From an uncultured Verrucomicrobiota bacterium (GTDB taxonomy: Bacteria > Verrucomicrobiota > Kiritimatiellia > RFP12 > UBA1067): a stretch of 64,000 bases of DNA. Position 1 is the stretch's first letter, and each line of letters begins with the position of its first letter. The notes beneath the pieces are model-generated. The model had not been told where the DNA came from and did not search any database. It worked only from the letters and a program-made list of their open reading frames with translations. Positions 52,885-62,000 of the stretch are shown here, one piece after another. The position numbers and the translations under genes were made by a program. The stretch covers positions 16,392-80,391 of the forward strand of contig CAMNLW010000001.1 in the NCBI GenBank assembly GCA_946544115.1, in the 5' to 3' direction.

Positions 52885-54201
52885 ATGGCGACATTCCAAT
52901 ACATCGCAAAGGACTCCGCAGGCAACGAGACCCGCGGACAGATCGAAGCAGGCGACCGCAGTTCCGCAATCGCGGCGGTCCGCGCCCAGGGGCTGTTCCC
53001 GACGGCACTCGGCGAGGTGAAGTCCGCCCCCGCTGCAGCTGCGGTCGCGCCCGCCAAGGCGAAAAAGGCCAAAGCGCCGGCGAAGAAGTCCGGCGGGCTG
53101 AACAAAGACATCAAGATCAACATCAAGATGCCGTCGTGGATGCGCGGCAAGGTGAACACCAAGGTCCTCACCCAGTTCACGCGCCAGCTCGCGACGCTCG
53201 TCAACGCCGGCCTGCCGCTCATGCGCGGAATCGAGGTATTGAAGCGTCAGATGAAAGACCCCCAGATGGTCGAGGCGCTCGGCGGTATCGCCGACAACAT
53301 CGCCTCGGGCGGAACCTTCTCGGAGGCGCTCACGCAGTACCCGAAGATATTCGACAAACTCTATGTCAACATGGTGAAGGCCGGCGAGGCGGGCGGCGTG
53401 CTTGAAGTCGTCCTCGGGCGTCTGGCGGAGTTTGCCGAGAAATCCGAAAAGATCAAGAACAAGGTGAAGGGCGCGATGATCTATCCTATCGTCGTCCTCT
53501 TCGCGGCCATCGGCATCACGGGCTTCCTGCTCGTCGCGGTCATACCGAAGTTCAAGCAGGTGTTCAACGACATGCTCGGCGGCGCGGCCCTGCCGCCCAT
53601 CACCGAGGCCGTCATGCAGGCTTCCGAGTTCGTGCAGCACAACGGCCTCGTGATAGTCGCGATAGTCGCGGCGATCGTCGTGATAAAGAAGATCGTCGGC
53701 CACACCGAGGCGGGCGCCTACTTCTTCGACGTATGCTCGCTCAAGGCCCCTGTGACGGGAACCCTCGTGCAGCGCACGGCCGTTTCGCGCGTCACGCGAA
53801 CGCTCGGCACGCTGCTCTCCTCGGGCGTGCCGATCCTGCAGTCGCTAGTGATCGTGCGCGACACGACGGGCAACCGCGTCGTCTCGAAAGCGCTCCAGGA
53901 GGTTCATGACGCCGTGAAGGAGGGCGAGGGCATGACCCAGCCGCTGTCGCAGTGCCCCGTGTTTCCGCCGATGGTAGTCTCGATGGTGGAGGTCGGTGAA
54001 GAGACGGGCGCGCTCGCCGACATGCTTACGCGTATCGCCAACACCTACGACGACGAGGTCGACAACGCCGTCGCCGGCATGACCGCCGCGATCGAGCCTG
54101 CGCTCATCATCGTGCTCGCCGTCGTCGTCGGCACGATCGTCATCGCGATGTTCCTGCCGATGATCAAGATCATCTCTTCCGTGTCGGGAGGCGCGGCCTA
54201 A
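52885..54201 (+). CDS. gspF: type II secretion / type IV pilus platform protein (GspF/PilC family)
   Basis: FQYIAKDSAGNETRGQIEA start. Two GspF repeats (FTRQLATLVNAGLPL..., VTRTLGTLLSSGVPIL...) and three TM segments. Confidence 0.9.
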   Translation: MATFQYIAKDSAGNETRGQIEAGDRSSAIAAVRAQGLFPTALGEVKSAPAAAAVAPAKAKKAKAPAKKSGGLNKDIKINIKMPSWMRGKVNTKVLTQFTRQLATLVNAGLPLMRGIEVLKRQMKDPQMVEALGGIADNIASGGTFSEALTQYPKIFDKLYVNMVKAGEAGGVLEVVLGRLAEFAEKSEKIKNKVKGAMIYPIVVLFAAIGITGFLLVAVIPKFKQVFNDMLGGAALPPITEAVMQASEFVQHNGLVIVAIVAAIVVIKKIVGHTEAGAYFFDVCSLKAPVTGTLVQRTAVSRVTRTLGTLLSSGVPILQSLVIVRDTTGNRVVSKALQEVHDAVKEGEGMTQPLSQCPVFPPMVVSMVEVGEETGALADMLTRIANTYDDEVDNAVAGMTAAIEPALIIVLAVVVGTIVIAMFLPMIKIISSVSGGAA

Positions 54202-55353
54202 GTGAAGAAGGCCTTTACACTGGTTGAGCTCATGATCGTGGTCGTGGTGATCGCGATCCTGGCCAGCATAACGTTCAGGATAGCGGGCATCGGGCAGGAT
54301 TCAACCCAGCGCAACCGCACGATCGCCCGCCTCCAGCGCCTTGAAAACGCCATATCCGGCTACTTCGCGGCGTACGGCAGCTACCCGGCCGTTCCGCTGG
54401 AAGGCCGCAGCCGCAACATCTACTACAGGGTGAACGGCTACGGCATCCAGCAGACCGACAGCGAGCCCGATACTTCGCGCCTCGAATGGAAGCGCGTCGA
54501 GGCCGCATGCAGGGCGCAGCCGATCGCGATGTGCTTCCCGTTCGCCTCTTCGCGCCAAGAGTATGTAAGGACGGTCTCCGACGCCCTCAAGGAACTCCAC
54601 AACAGCAGCGACAAAACTTCGGCCTATGCCAAGAACGCGGCGCTCGCCTACGGCTTCGACGCGCTCGACAACCCCGAGACGCTGTCGTCCAAGAAGAACG
54701 AGAGCGACTGGACCCGGCTTCAGATGTTCCAGTTCGGCCTCATGAGCTTCCTCCTGCCGCGCTACCTGCTGATGATGGGTCACTCCAACAACAACGTCTA
54801 CGACAATTTCTCGCAGTGGAGCTCCAACAACCAGCTCCCGTGCAGGTTCGAGACGGGTGTCCCCTACGGCAGCTGGAACGAGCTCAACCAGGATCTCTCC
54901 AAGTCGGCAGAGAAGTGGAAGATCGCCCTCATGCCGTCGCAGGCCGTATGCGCGCGCTGGGTGGCGAACTTCGAGAACATCCTCTCCTGCGAGTCGGACC
55001 TCGTAGTATACGGTGTGCACTTGAAGGGCAGGGAGTATCGCGACGGCGGCAATGTCTCTGCCTACAACCCCTACCCTGTTCTCTACTCCGCCGCCAACAG
55101 CCAGGGCGGCGAGGGAACGAGCGGCAGCCAGCAGTATGCGCTCGACATAATAACCTGCCGCGACGGCTGGTATAACGAGTTCTACTACTACTCGCCGCCG
55201 CCCTACCAGACCTACCGCCTCTGGAGCGCCGGCCCGAACGGAAAGACGTTCCCTCCGTGGATCTCGCCCGAGGAGATAGAAAAGCTCAACGGCTCCGAAA
55301 AGAACACCGTCCGCAACTGGATGGCCGACGACATAGTGCATATGAGGAACTGA
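54202..55353 (+). CDS. prepilin-type N-terminal cleavage/methylation domain protein (383 aa, long pseudopilin)
   Basis: (M)KKAFTLVELMIVVVVIAILASI class III signal with Glu at +5. GTG start directly after the gspF stop, with GGGAGG upstream. Confidence 0.85.
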   Translation: MKKAFTLVELMIVVVVIAILASITFRIAGIGQDSTQRNRTIARLQRLENAISGYFAAYGSYPAVPLEGRSRNIYYRVNGYGIQQTDSEPDTSRLEWKRVEAACRAQPIAMCFPFASSRQEYVRTVSDALKELHNSSDKTSAYAKNAALAYGFDALDNPETLSSKKNESDWTRLQMFQFGLMSFLLPRYLLMMGHSNNNVYDNFSQWSSNNQLPCRFETGVPYGSWNELNQDLSKSAEKWKIALMPSQAVCARWVANFENILSCESDLVVYGVHLKGREYRDGGNVSAYNPYPVLYSAANSQGGEGTSGSQQYALDIITCRDGWYNEFYYYSPPPYQTYRLWSAGPNGKTFPPWISPEEIEKLNGSEKNTVRNWMADDIVHMRN

Positions 55354-55355
55354 TC

Positions 55356-55979
55356 ATGAAAAAAGGTTTTACTCTTGTTGAAATGCTTGTGGTCATGGGT
55401 ATTCTCGCGGTCCTGATGGGAGCGTCCCTCGGCGGATACTCCGCATTCGTGAAGAAAGCCCAGCGCGCGCGCGCCGTGGAGCTTGTCGCCAACGTGCAGA
55501 CCGCGCTGGAAGCCGTGCTGCAGCGCGAAGACGCGTGGCCCCGGGCGCTTCTCGCCGGCAACAACGGCGGCCGCGGCGAGATGACGGCCGAGGTCGGCGC
55601 GGCGCTCGCCAAGCGCGGCGTAATGTCGCTCACCTATAAGAAGACCGAACGCGACGGCGACACGATATACGTCCTCACGGGTCTCGACCAGTGCGGCATC
55701 GTTTCTCCATGGGCCGCCGCCGCCATAAAACGCGCTGCCGCCAACGGATCGGTCAGCGATTCGCTGAGGGTCGCCGAAGGCGGCACCATCGCGGACCATC
55801 GTCTCAGATACGCGATTGACGATGACTACGACGGTGTCACCGACGTCGGCGTGAGCCAGAACGGTTCAGGCTCGTGCAAGGTTCGCGCCAACGCCTGCGT
55901 GTGGTGCTGCGGCATGGACGGCAAGTTCGGCACGAAGGATGATATCTACAGCTGGTCCGCCGGACAGGAGGTGCACTGA
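55356..55979 (+). CDS. GspG-like pseudopilin (207 aa)
   Basis: MKKGFTLVEMLVVMGILAVLMG. The C-terminal GMDGKFGTKDDIYSW resembles the GspG G(A/P)DG..G..DDI..W tail. Confidence 0.85.
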   Translation: MKKGFTLVEMLVVMGILAVLMGASLGGYSAFVKKAQRARAVELVANVQTALEAVLQREDAWPRALLAGNNGGRGEMTAEVGAALAKRGVMSLTYKKTERDGDTIYVLTGLDQCGIVSPWAAAAIKRAAANGSVSDSLRVAEGGTIADHRLRYAIDDDYDGVTDVGVSQNGSGSCKVRANACVWCCGMDGKFGTKDDIYSWSAGQEVH

Positions 55980-56599
55980 TGAAAAAGGGTTTCACGCTTG
56001 TTGAAATGCTCGTCGTGATCGCCGTCATAGGCATTCTGGGCGGGATCGTCACCACGGCGGCCGTCGGCGCGATCAAGAACGGCCGCTCCAAGAGGGCCGA
56101 CGCGATGTGCGTCGCGCTCGAACAGGGAATCGCCGCCTATTACGCGCAGGAGGGAAACTGGCCCGACGCGATCGAGAAAAAGGCGCAGTCGATGGATTCC
56201 GCCACCTACACCTTCACGCCCGACGAGGCCGACAGCATATTCCAGGATGTCGTAGGGTGCGGCTTCGGCAAGGGTCACGCGAGCCACAAGGCGATGCTCG
56301 TCGACGCGACGGCCCTCTTTGTGTGCGACAAGTCGAGCGTCGGCAACCAGCAGCGCGGCTGCTACGACAACCATTCCAACAAGAAAGAGCGAAGAACGTA
56401 CTGCGCCGGCATGGGGTGCCGCAACGGCATCGACTTCTCGGAGGCGACCAAGAAGGGCGGGAAAGTCCGCATACCGTTCTCACAGATGGCGTTCGGCTTT
56501 CAGGGGCCGGAAAACGGCAAGTTCTGCCGGTTCTGGATCACCTATAACGGACAGGCCGATTCGGTCTCGGTTTCAAGACGCGGCCCGGACCTGAACTGA
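55979..56599 (+). CDS. prepilin-type pseudopilin (206 aa)
   Basis: MKKGFTLVEMLVVIAVIGILGGIV. TGATG overlap with the upstream gene. Confidence 0.85.
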   Translation: MKKGFTLVEMLVVIAVIGILGGIVTTAAVGAIKNGRSKRADAMCVALEQGIAAYYAQEGNWPDAIEKKAQSMDSATYTFTPDEADSIFQDVVGCGFGKGHASHKAMLVDATALFVCDKSSVGNQQRGCYDNHSNKKERRTYCAGMGCRNGIDFSEATKKGGKVRIPFSQMAFGFQGPENGKFCRFWITYNGQADSVSVSRRGPDLN

Positions 56600-56612
56600 C
56601 GGAGGCGACTTG

Positions 56613-57431
56613 ATGCGCAAAGGGTTTACATTGCTGGAACTGCTCGTCGTCGTCGGCATCATGGGCATGCTCGGCGTCGCCGCGGCCGGCGGATATTCCG
56701 CGCTTGTGCGCGGCATGAGCGAACGCGGCGCGGTGGCGTCGGCGGCGTCGCTTCTGAGGGCCGCGAAGGAGCGCGCCCAGGTCGACAGGTCCCCGACGGT
56801 CGTCTACTGCTACAACAGGCTCGTCAAGGAACCGACAGGCGTGGACGACAACGGCGTGGTAGTGGGCGTAATGACGGCGGTGCGCCGCGCGGGGCGCATA
56901 ACCTACACGACCGGCGGCGACGTGCTCTATGATGAATTCGCCGACCTCGACCGCAACTACGAATATGAGACGAGCACGACAGACCTCAAGAAGGGCGGCG
57001 GCTTTCGTCTCTTCCGCATAAGCGGCAGAGTCAACAAGATGGAGTATTCCATCGTTTCCGACAGAGTCCTGCGCGACGAGAACAACACCGTGACGGTTTT
57101 TTCCGGCAGCCAGCAGGGCGGCCGCACGAACCTCCTCATGAGCGCTTTCGTGAAGACGGGCGTCACGAGCGCCAACGAGGCCCAGTGGAAGATAGGCGAC
57201 GGCTACGGAATGGAGTTCGCCGAGGTGCAGCTGCCCGACGGTTACATCTTCGGCAAGACAGTTCCGTCCCAGGCGGGGCGCGTGACGGTGGAGAAGGTCG
57301 TGTATTTCGACCCCGACCAGGATTCCACCGAGACGATCGATGTATGGTCCACCAAGCCGAACGCCTCGGGCATGCCGCAGGCGTTCAAGAAGGCCGGTCA
57401 GGCTTCGGCCGACAACGACAAGGGAGTGTAG
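56613..57431 (+). CDS. prepilin-type pseudopilin (272 aa, GspH-like position)
   Basis: MRKGFTLLELLVVVGIMGMLGV. The track start is TTG 56610, one codon upstream. Confidence 0.8.
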   Translation: MRKGFTLLELLVVVGIMGMLGVAAAGGYSALVRGMSERGAVASAASLLRAAKERAQVDRSPTVVYCYNRLVKEPTGVDDNGVVVGVMTAVRRAGRITYTTGGDVLYDEFADLDRNYEYETSTTDLKKGGGFRLFRISGRVNKMEYSIVSDRVLRDENNTVTVFSGSQQGGRTNLLMSAFVKTGVTSANEAQWKIGDGYGMEFAEVQLPDGYIFGKTVPSQAGRVTVEKVVYFDPDQDSTETIDVWSTKPNASGMPQAFKKAGQASADNDKGV

Positions 57432-57433
57432 CG

Positions 57434-58012
57434 ATGAAGTTCATGAAAAACAGGCCTGGCTTTACGCTGCTTGAGGTGAATCTCGCCATATTCATCATGG
57501 CGACCGGCGTGCTTGTTATGTGCGGTCTTTACTCTCTAGGCTTCAGGGAGAACCGCCAGAGCGTCGAGGACGTGGCATCCGCCGCGTTTGCCGACGCCTA
57601 CCTGGGGCCGCTTGTCCAGGGGCTTTCGGCGACGAACATGCCCTGGTCGGCATGGATACAGATCGGCGACTCGCCGTCCAACAGCGACACCACCCGCGTC
57701 GCCGACGGCGTATGGCCGAGCGACGGATGGATGTCTTACGTGCAGCAGGTCGGCACCACGGCCAACTACCGCATAAAGGGAACACCACGCGCCACCGCCG
57801 ACGGCGTGTTCCAGAAAATCCTCTCCAAGGTGCCCTCGCCATACAAGGGGAGCAACCCGGGGCTTCCTTCCGATTACCAGTACGGGTTCGTGGCGACGCG
57901 CTGCGGCGCGACGGTCCAGCTGGCGTTCAGAGCGTCGCGGCGCAAGGAGGCGCTCATGTCACAGCCGCTCTTCGTTTCTGAGGTTCACTTCCAGGGAGAT
58001 CCGGAGAGATGA
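57434..58012 (+). CDS. minor pseudopilin (GspI-like N-terminus, 192 aa)
   Basis: MKFMKNRPGFTLLEVNLAIFIMATGVLVM. The track ORF 57185 extends upstream inside the preceding gene. Confidence 0.8.
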   Translation: MKFMKNRPGFTLLEVNLAIFIMATGVLVMCGLYSLGFRENRQSVEDVASAAFADAYLGPLVQGLSATNMPWSAWIQIGDSPSNSDTTRVADGVWPSDGWMSYVQQVGTTANYRIKGTPRATADGVFQKILSKVPSPYKGSNPGLPSDYQYGFVATRCGATVQLAFRASRRKEALMSQPLFVSEVHFQGDPER

Positions 58013-58521
58013 AAAAGGGCTTTACACTTGTCGAGCTTATGGTGGCGAGCCTCCTGCTCGCGATGCTCGTGACGATTCTTACCATGATGTTCAACCAGTC
58101 GTCCATCGCGTGGCGGACCGGCACGGCAGGCGTCGCCGACCTCAACGAGACGCGCTGGTCGCTCGGCTCCTTCCACGACGTGCGCGACGAGGCTCTGCCG
58201 GGTCTAGGCGACCAGTCTCCCTCGGTCGGCGCGAGCGACAGCAGGACGGTCAAGTACCGCACAATGCCGCTTTGGGATCCGAACGGCGACAACAGACTCC
58301 GCAACAGGCGGGCGTTCAGCATCGAGAACTCCAGCATGAACTGGGGCCACGCGCCGAGCTTTTCGATAAACGACGCCATGACTGCGGCGAAGAAGGCGGT
58401 GTCGGGCGCAGGCAACGGCGGCGGCTCCTCGCTCTTCACCGTCGGCGTGAGGAGCGCCGGGCCCAACAGGACGTTCGGCGACGAGGACGACATAACAACC
58501 TGGCCGGAGGACATCGACTGA
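58009..58521 (+). CDS. minor pseudopilin (GspJ-like N-terminus, 170 aa)
   Basis: MKKGFTLVELMVASLLLAMLVTILTMMFNQSSIAW. ATGA overlap with the upstream gene. Confidence 0.8.
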   Translation: MKKGFTLVELMVASLLLAMLVTILTMMFNQSSIAWRTGTAGVADLNETRWSLGSFHDVRDEALPGLGDQSPSVGASDSRTVKYRTMPLWDPNGDNRLRNRRAFSIENSSMNWGHAPSFSINDAMTAAKKAVSGAGNGGGSSLFTVGVRSAGPNRTFGDEDDITTWPEDID

Positions 58522-59003
58522 TGAAGAAGGCTTTTACACTTGTCGAACTTCTGGTCGTGATCGCGATGATAGCGGTTCTGACCGGCGCCATGACTGTGGC
58601 GGTGAACGGAGCGCGAACGCGCGCGAAGATTTCAAAGGCCACCCAGGAGGCGAAGGAGATGACCAACGCAATCCTCGCCGGCGAGCAGTATGCGCGCGGG
58701 AGGACGCTCGAAGATTACGCCAACGGCTCGTGGGCGGACTGCTCCGAAGGGGCGAAGGCGATGCGTCTCATACTCGGCGGCGAGACGAGCGAAAGCGGCG
58801 AAACCATACCGGTTCTCTTCAACGCCAATCTGTCGCGCGGCTACCAGCTCGACCCGTGGGGCAAGCCCTACCAGTATATGATACAGAAGACGGCGAGCCT
58901 TTCGAGCGACGACGCGACCGGCGGCAAGGTACAGTTCTGCACGGCGCCCGCCCTGCCGAACTTCTTCAGGCTCACAGACAAGGAGCGTAGTTGTGATCGT
59001 TGA
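58521..59003 (+). CDS. gspG: type II secretion major pseudopilin GspG-like (160 aa)
   Basis: MKKAFTLVELLVVIAMIAVLTGA...AKISKATQEAKEM and the conserved DPWGKPYQY core. TGATG overlap with the upstream gene. Confidence 0.85.
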   Translation: MKKAFTLVELLVVIAMIAVLTGAMTVAVNGARTRAKISKATQEAKEMTNAILAGEQYARGRTLEDYANGSWADCSEGAKAMRLILGGETSESGETIPVLFNANLSRGYQLDPWGKPYQYMIQKTASLSSDDATGGKVQFCTAPALPNFFRLTDKERSCDR

Positions 59004-62000
59004 AAAGTCCAGAAAAGGTTCCGCGCTGCTTATCGTAATCGGAATGCTCTCGTTCATGGTCGTCTCGGCCGTGAGCTTCTCGATATACATGCGCCAGAGC
59101 CGCGTGCCCTCGAGCTACCTGCGCCGCGCGTCGTCGTCGCGCTACCTCCTCAAGGCCGCGCTCGCCCACGCGATAGACCGGCTTGACGGCACCTTCGCGA
59201 GCTATGCCGATATAAACGAGCCGTCTCTCGGGAACAGTTCTGTGAACGGACTTGTCGAAGGTGTATATGACGATCCCTACCCGGGCGTAGGCCCGTCGCA
59301 GAGCAATGACAACGACACTTATCACCGACGAAACGGCGACTTTTGGGATCACCGCGTATTCACTCCGTTCGGCATGGTCTCGCCGCTCAAGACAGTATCC
59401 ACCATGACGCTCGAAGGCCTCGCCTACGTTCCGCCGGCCCTCATCAACGAGGCGCGCATCTATTCTCGCCAGACGCGCACAGCCATGTGGCGCAACCTTT
59501 CCTACGACATGGGGCGCTATGCGTTCTCGGCTATAGACGTTTCGGACTGCTTCGACATCAACCGCGTCCGCGCTGGCGAGCGCCGCACATCCGCGCCCGA
59601 CGGCCGCGTCAACCTCTCGTCTCTTTACGACACGAACGGTTCGACGCTAGACCAGAAGCTCAAGCTGTGGGAGAACGACGACATTCCTTTTGTTTCGGTT
59701 GCCGACTTCAACATCGCCGCCGGGCAGAGCCCGTTCACGCCCTTTTACAAGTACATCGGCTCCACCAGCAGCGAAATCTACAGTTCTGGCGACGCCAACA
59801 CAGTTTCCAATGCGCTCTTTATAACCGACACCTGGTTCCCCGCGACGAACAGCACGACATCGGTCAAGCGCTACGACCTGGCAGGGAAAGACCAGCCCTT
59901 CATGCAATATCCAGATACAATGTCTCTAAGGGACATGATAACCGGGACGACCGATTTCTGCAAGATGCTCACCAAGAACATTGGCGTAGGCATCGCCTGC
60001 CTTTACGACTACCTTGATGAAGACAGCTTCCCGATTTCGTTCTGTCTGCCGACGGTCGAAGCGGCTCCTATGATATGCGGTATCGGCCTTCTGCACAACA
60101 ACTCGTTCACCCCCACAGTCGCGGCCGGGAATGACATTGTCGAGGGCGAGTATACGAAGGACAGGCAGAAAGTAAAGTGGAGAGCCACCCCCTACAGACT
60201 GACAAAGCTTGCCGGCGCGATGCTTCTCAACGGAGCAGCGACGTTTCCTTTCAAGCGCCTTGGCGCGAGAGACGGCTATCAGACGTCGTTCACCGGTCGT
60301 GCGCTCGTAAGGATCTTCATGGGACCTCCCTCGATGAAGTGCCGTGTTGCAGGCAACTCGCCGCTTTATCCAACAAAAAACGACTGGAACAACAGCAATC
60401 AGACTGTTGCCGACGGTATGGTTTCCTATGCGGTCGATCTCGACCAGGTCCAGTTTGCCCAGAATATAGAGAAGCAGGATGACGCTGTTAAAAACCTTAC
60501 GGCCCGTCTCACCCTGCAGCAGGTCAACAGCATCGTCTACTGGCTTGTAGAGCAGGAGGGTATGGACGAAGAAGGCAACCGCACGCAATTCGATCCATAT
60601 ATATCGTTCGACGGCTGCGCGGGCGGTCTTGCGCCTCGAGATGCCGACGGAAAGATTGAAAGCTGGTGGACCGCCCAGACCAAAAACCCCGCGCCGACTC
60701 CCGAGCGGCTGCCGACGCAGTCTACCGTAAGCACCGCGCAGTATGTACCGCATATTGCGGTCTGGATGAGGCTTGACAGCGGTTCGGATACGGTGGACAT
60801 CGTTCCTGCCCGTCTTGACGACGACGCTACATGGGGCAGGCGTTCTGTGAACCTTGCAAACCAGGCCGACAAGTTCGGCGGCGCGGGAACCCCGATCCTT
60901 GAGTTCCGCGGCCAGCGGCCTTTTACATATTCTCTTGACAACGACACTGGTATAGCTACGGTTTTGAACGGAACGGCCGAGTCATTTGACAACTGGGCCG
61001 AGTTCTACGCGCCCGACCCTCGCTACAACTATGCGCCCGAGGATTGGTGCCCTTCGAAGGGCAATGGCGCGGTTACAGGCGCCAAATGGCTCGACAGGCT
61101 TGGCGCGAAGGACGGCAGCGGCAGCATCATGGGCAAGAATGGGCGCGACAAGGACATATTCATGTTTGTAAGCGACCAGGAGTACATGCAGTCCATCGGC
61201 GAGCTTGAGTTTCTTCCGCTTCTCGCGGACCTTAACGGCAGCCAGAACTTCTTTGACAACAACTTCCTCGACGCGATGAGTGCCAACTTGAACGGAGCCG
61301 ACTTTGCGTCGCGTACGATACTTAGCGATGGTGACAAGCTCTCGCTCAACGGTCTCGCAAGCCGCGACTTCATGTGGCGCACGTATTCCGCGTATGACGG
61401 CGACCCGATATACGATCTTCGCGACGGCAGTGCTCCGGTGGAGGTTGTGAACGGAACGGGAGACTTCAGGGTGAATCCGTTCTCCAGCGATACGCGTGTT
61501 CTCATGGCGGCGCTCAAGGACACGCCCTTCGACTACTATGTGGCGAGCACCAACAAGACTCTGAACAACACTGTGAACGACAAGCCTGCAAACGCCCAGA
61601 AATATGCGTTTGCACGAGGCTCGACTTATGCCCCGCTCGATGACGACGAGTTGCAGGATCTTGCCTCTGCCATGCGCACGGGCTTTACGGCGTCCGCCAA
61701 GGATGGTCGTTCATGGGAGAGTGCATTTGAAGAACTTGAGTGGTACAGGAATTCTGAATACGGCGACGAACAGCTTTCTCTCTTCGGCGTCGATCTAAAC
61801 AATCCGCTTCACGGTGTCGACCGTAAGTATCTTCATGCGTTCTGGCGCGACTGCTTCCAGAACAGGCAACAGCTGTTCCTGGTGTTCATAAGGGCCGAGC
61901 CTCTTTCGGTCGGCGGTTCCGCCTCGAGCACGGCCGCGAGCTCCCAGCTCGGCGCGCGCGGTGTCGCGCTCGTCTGGCGCGATCCTGCGCCGCCGGTGCG

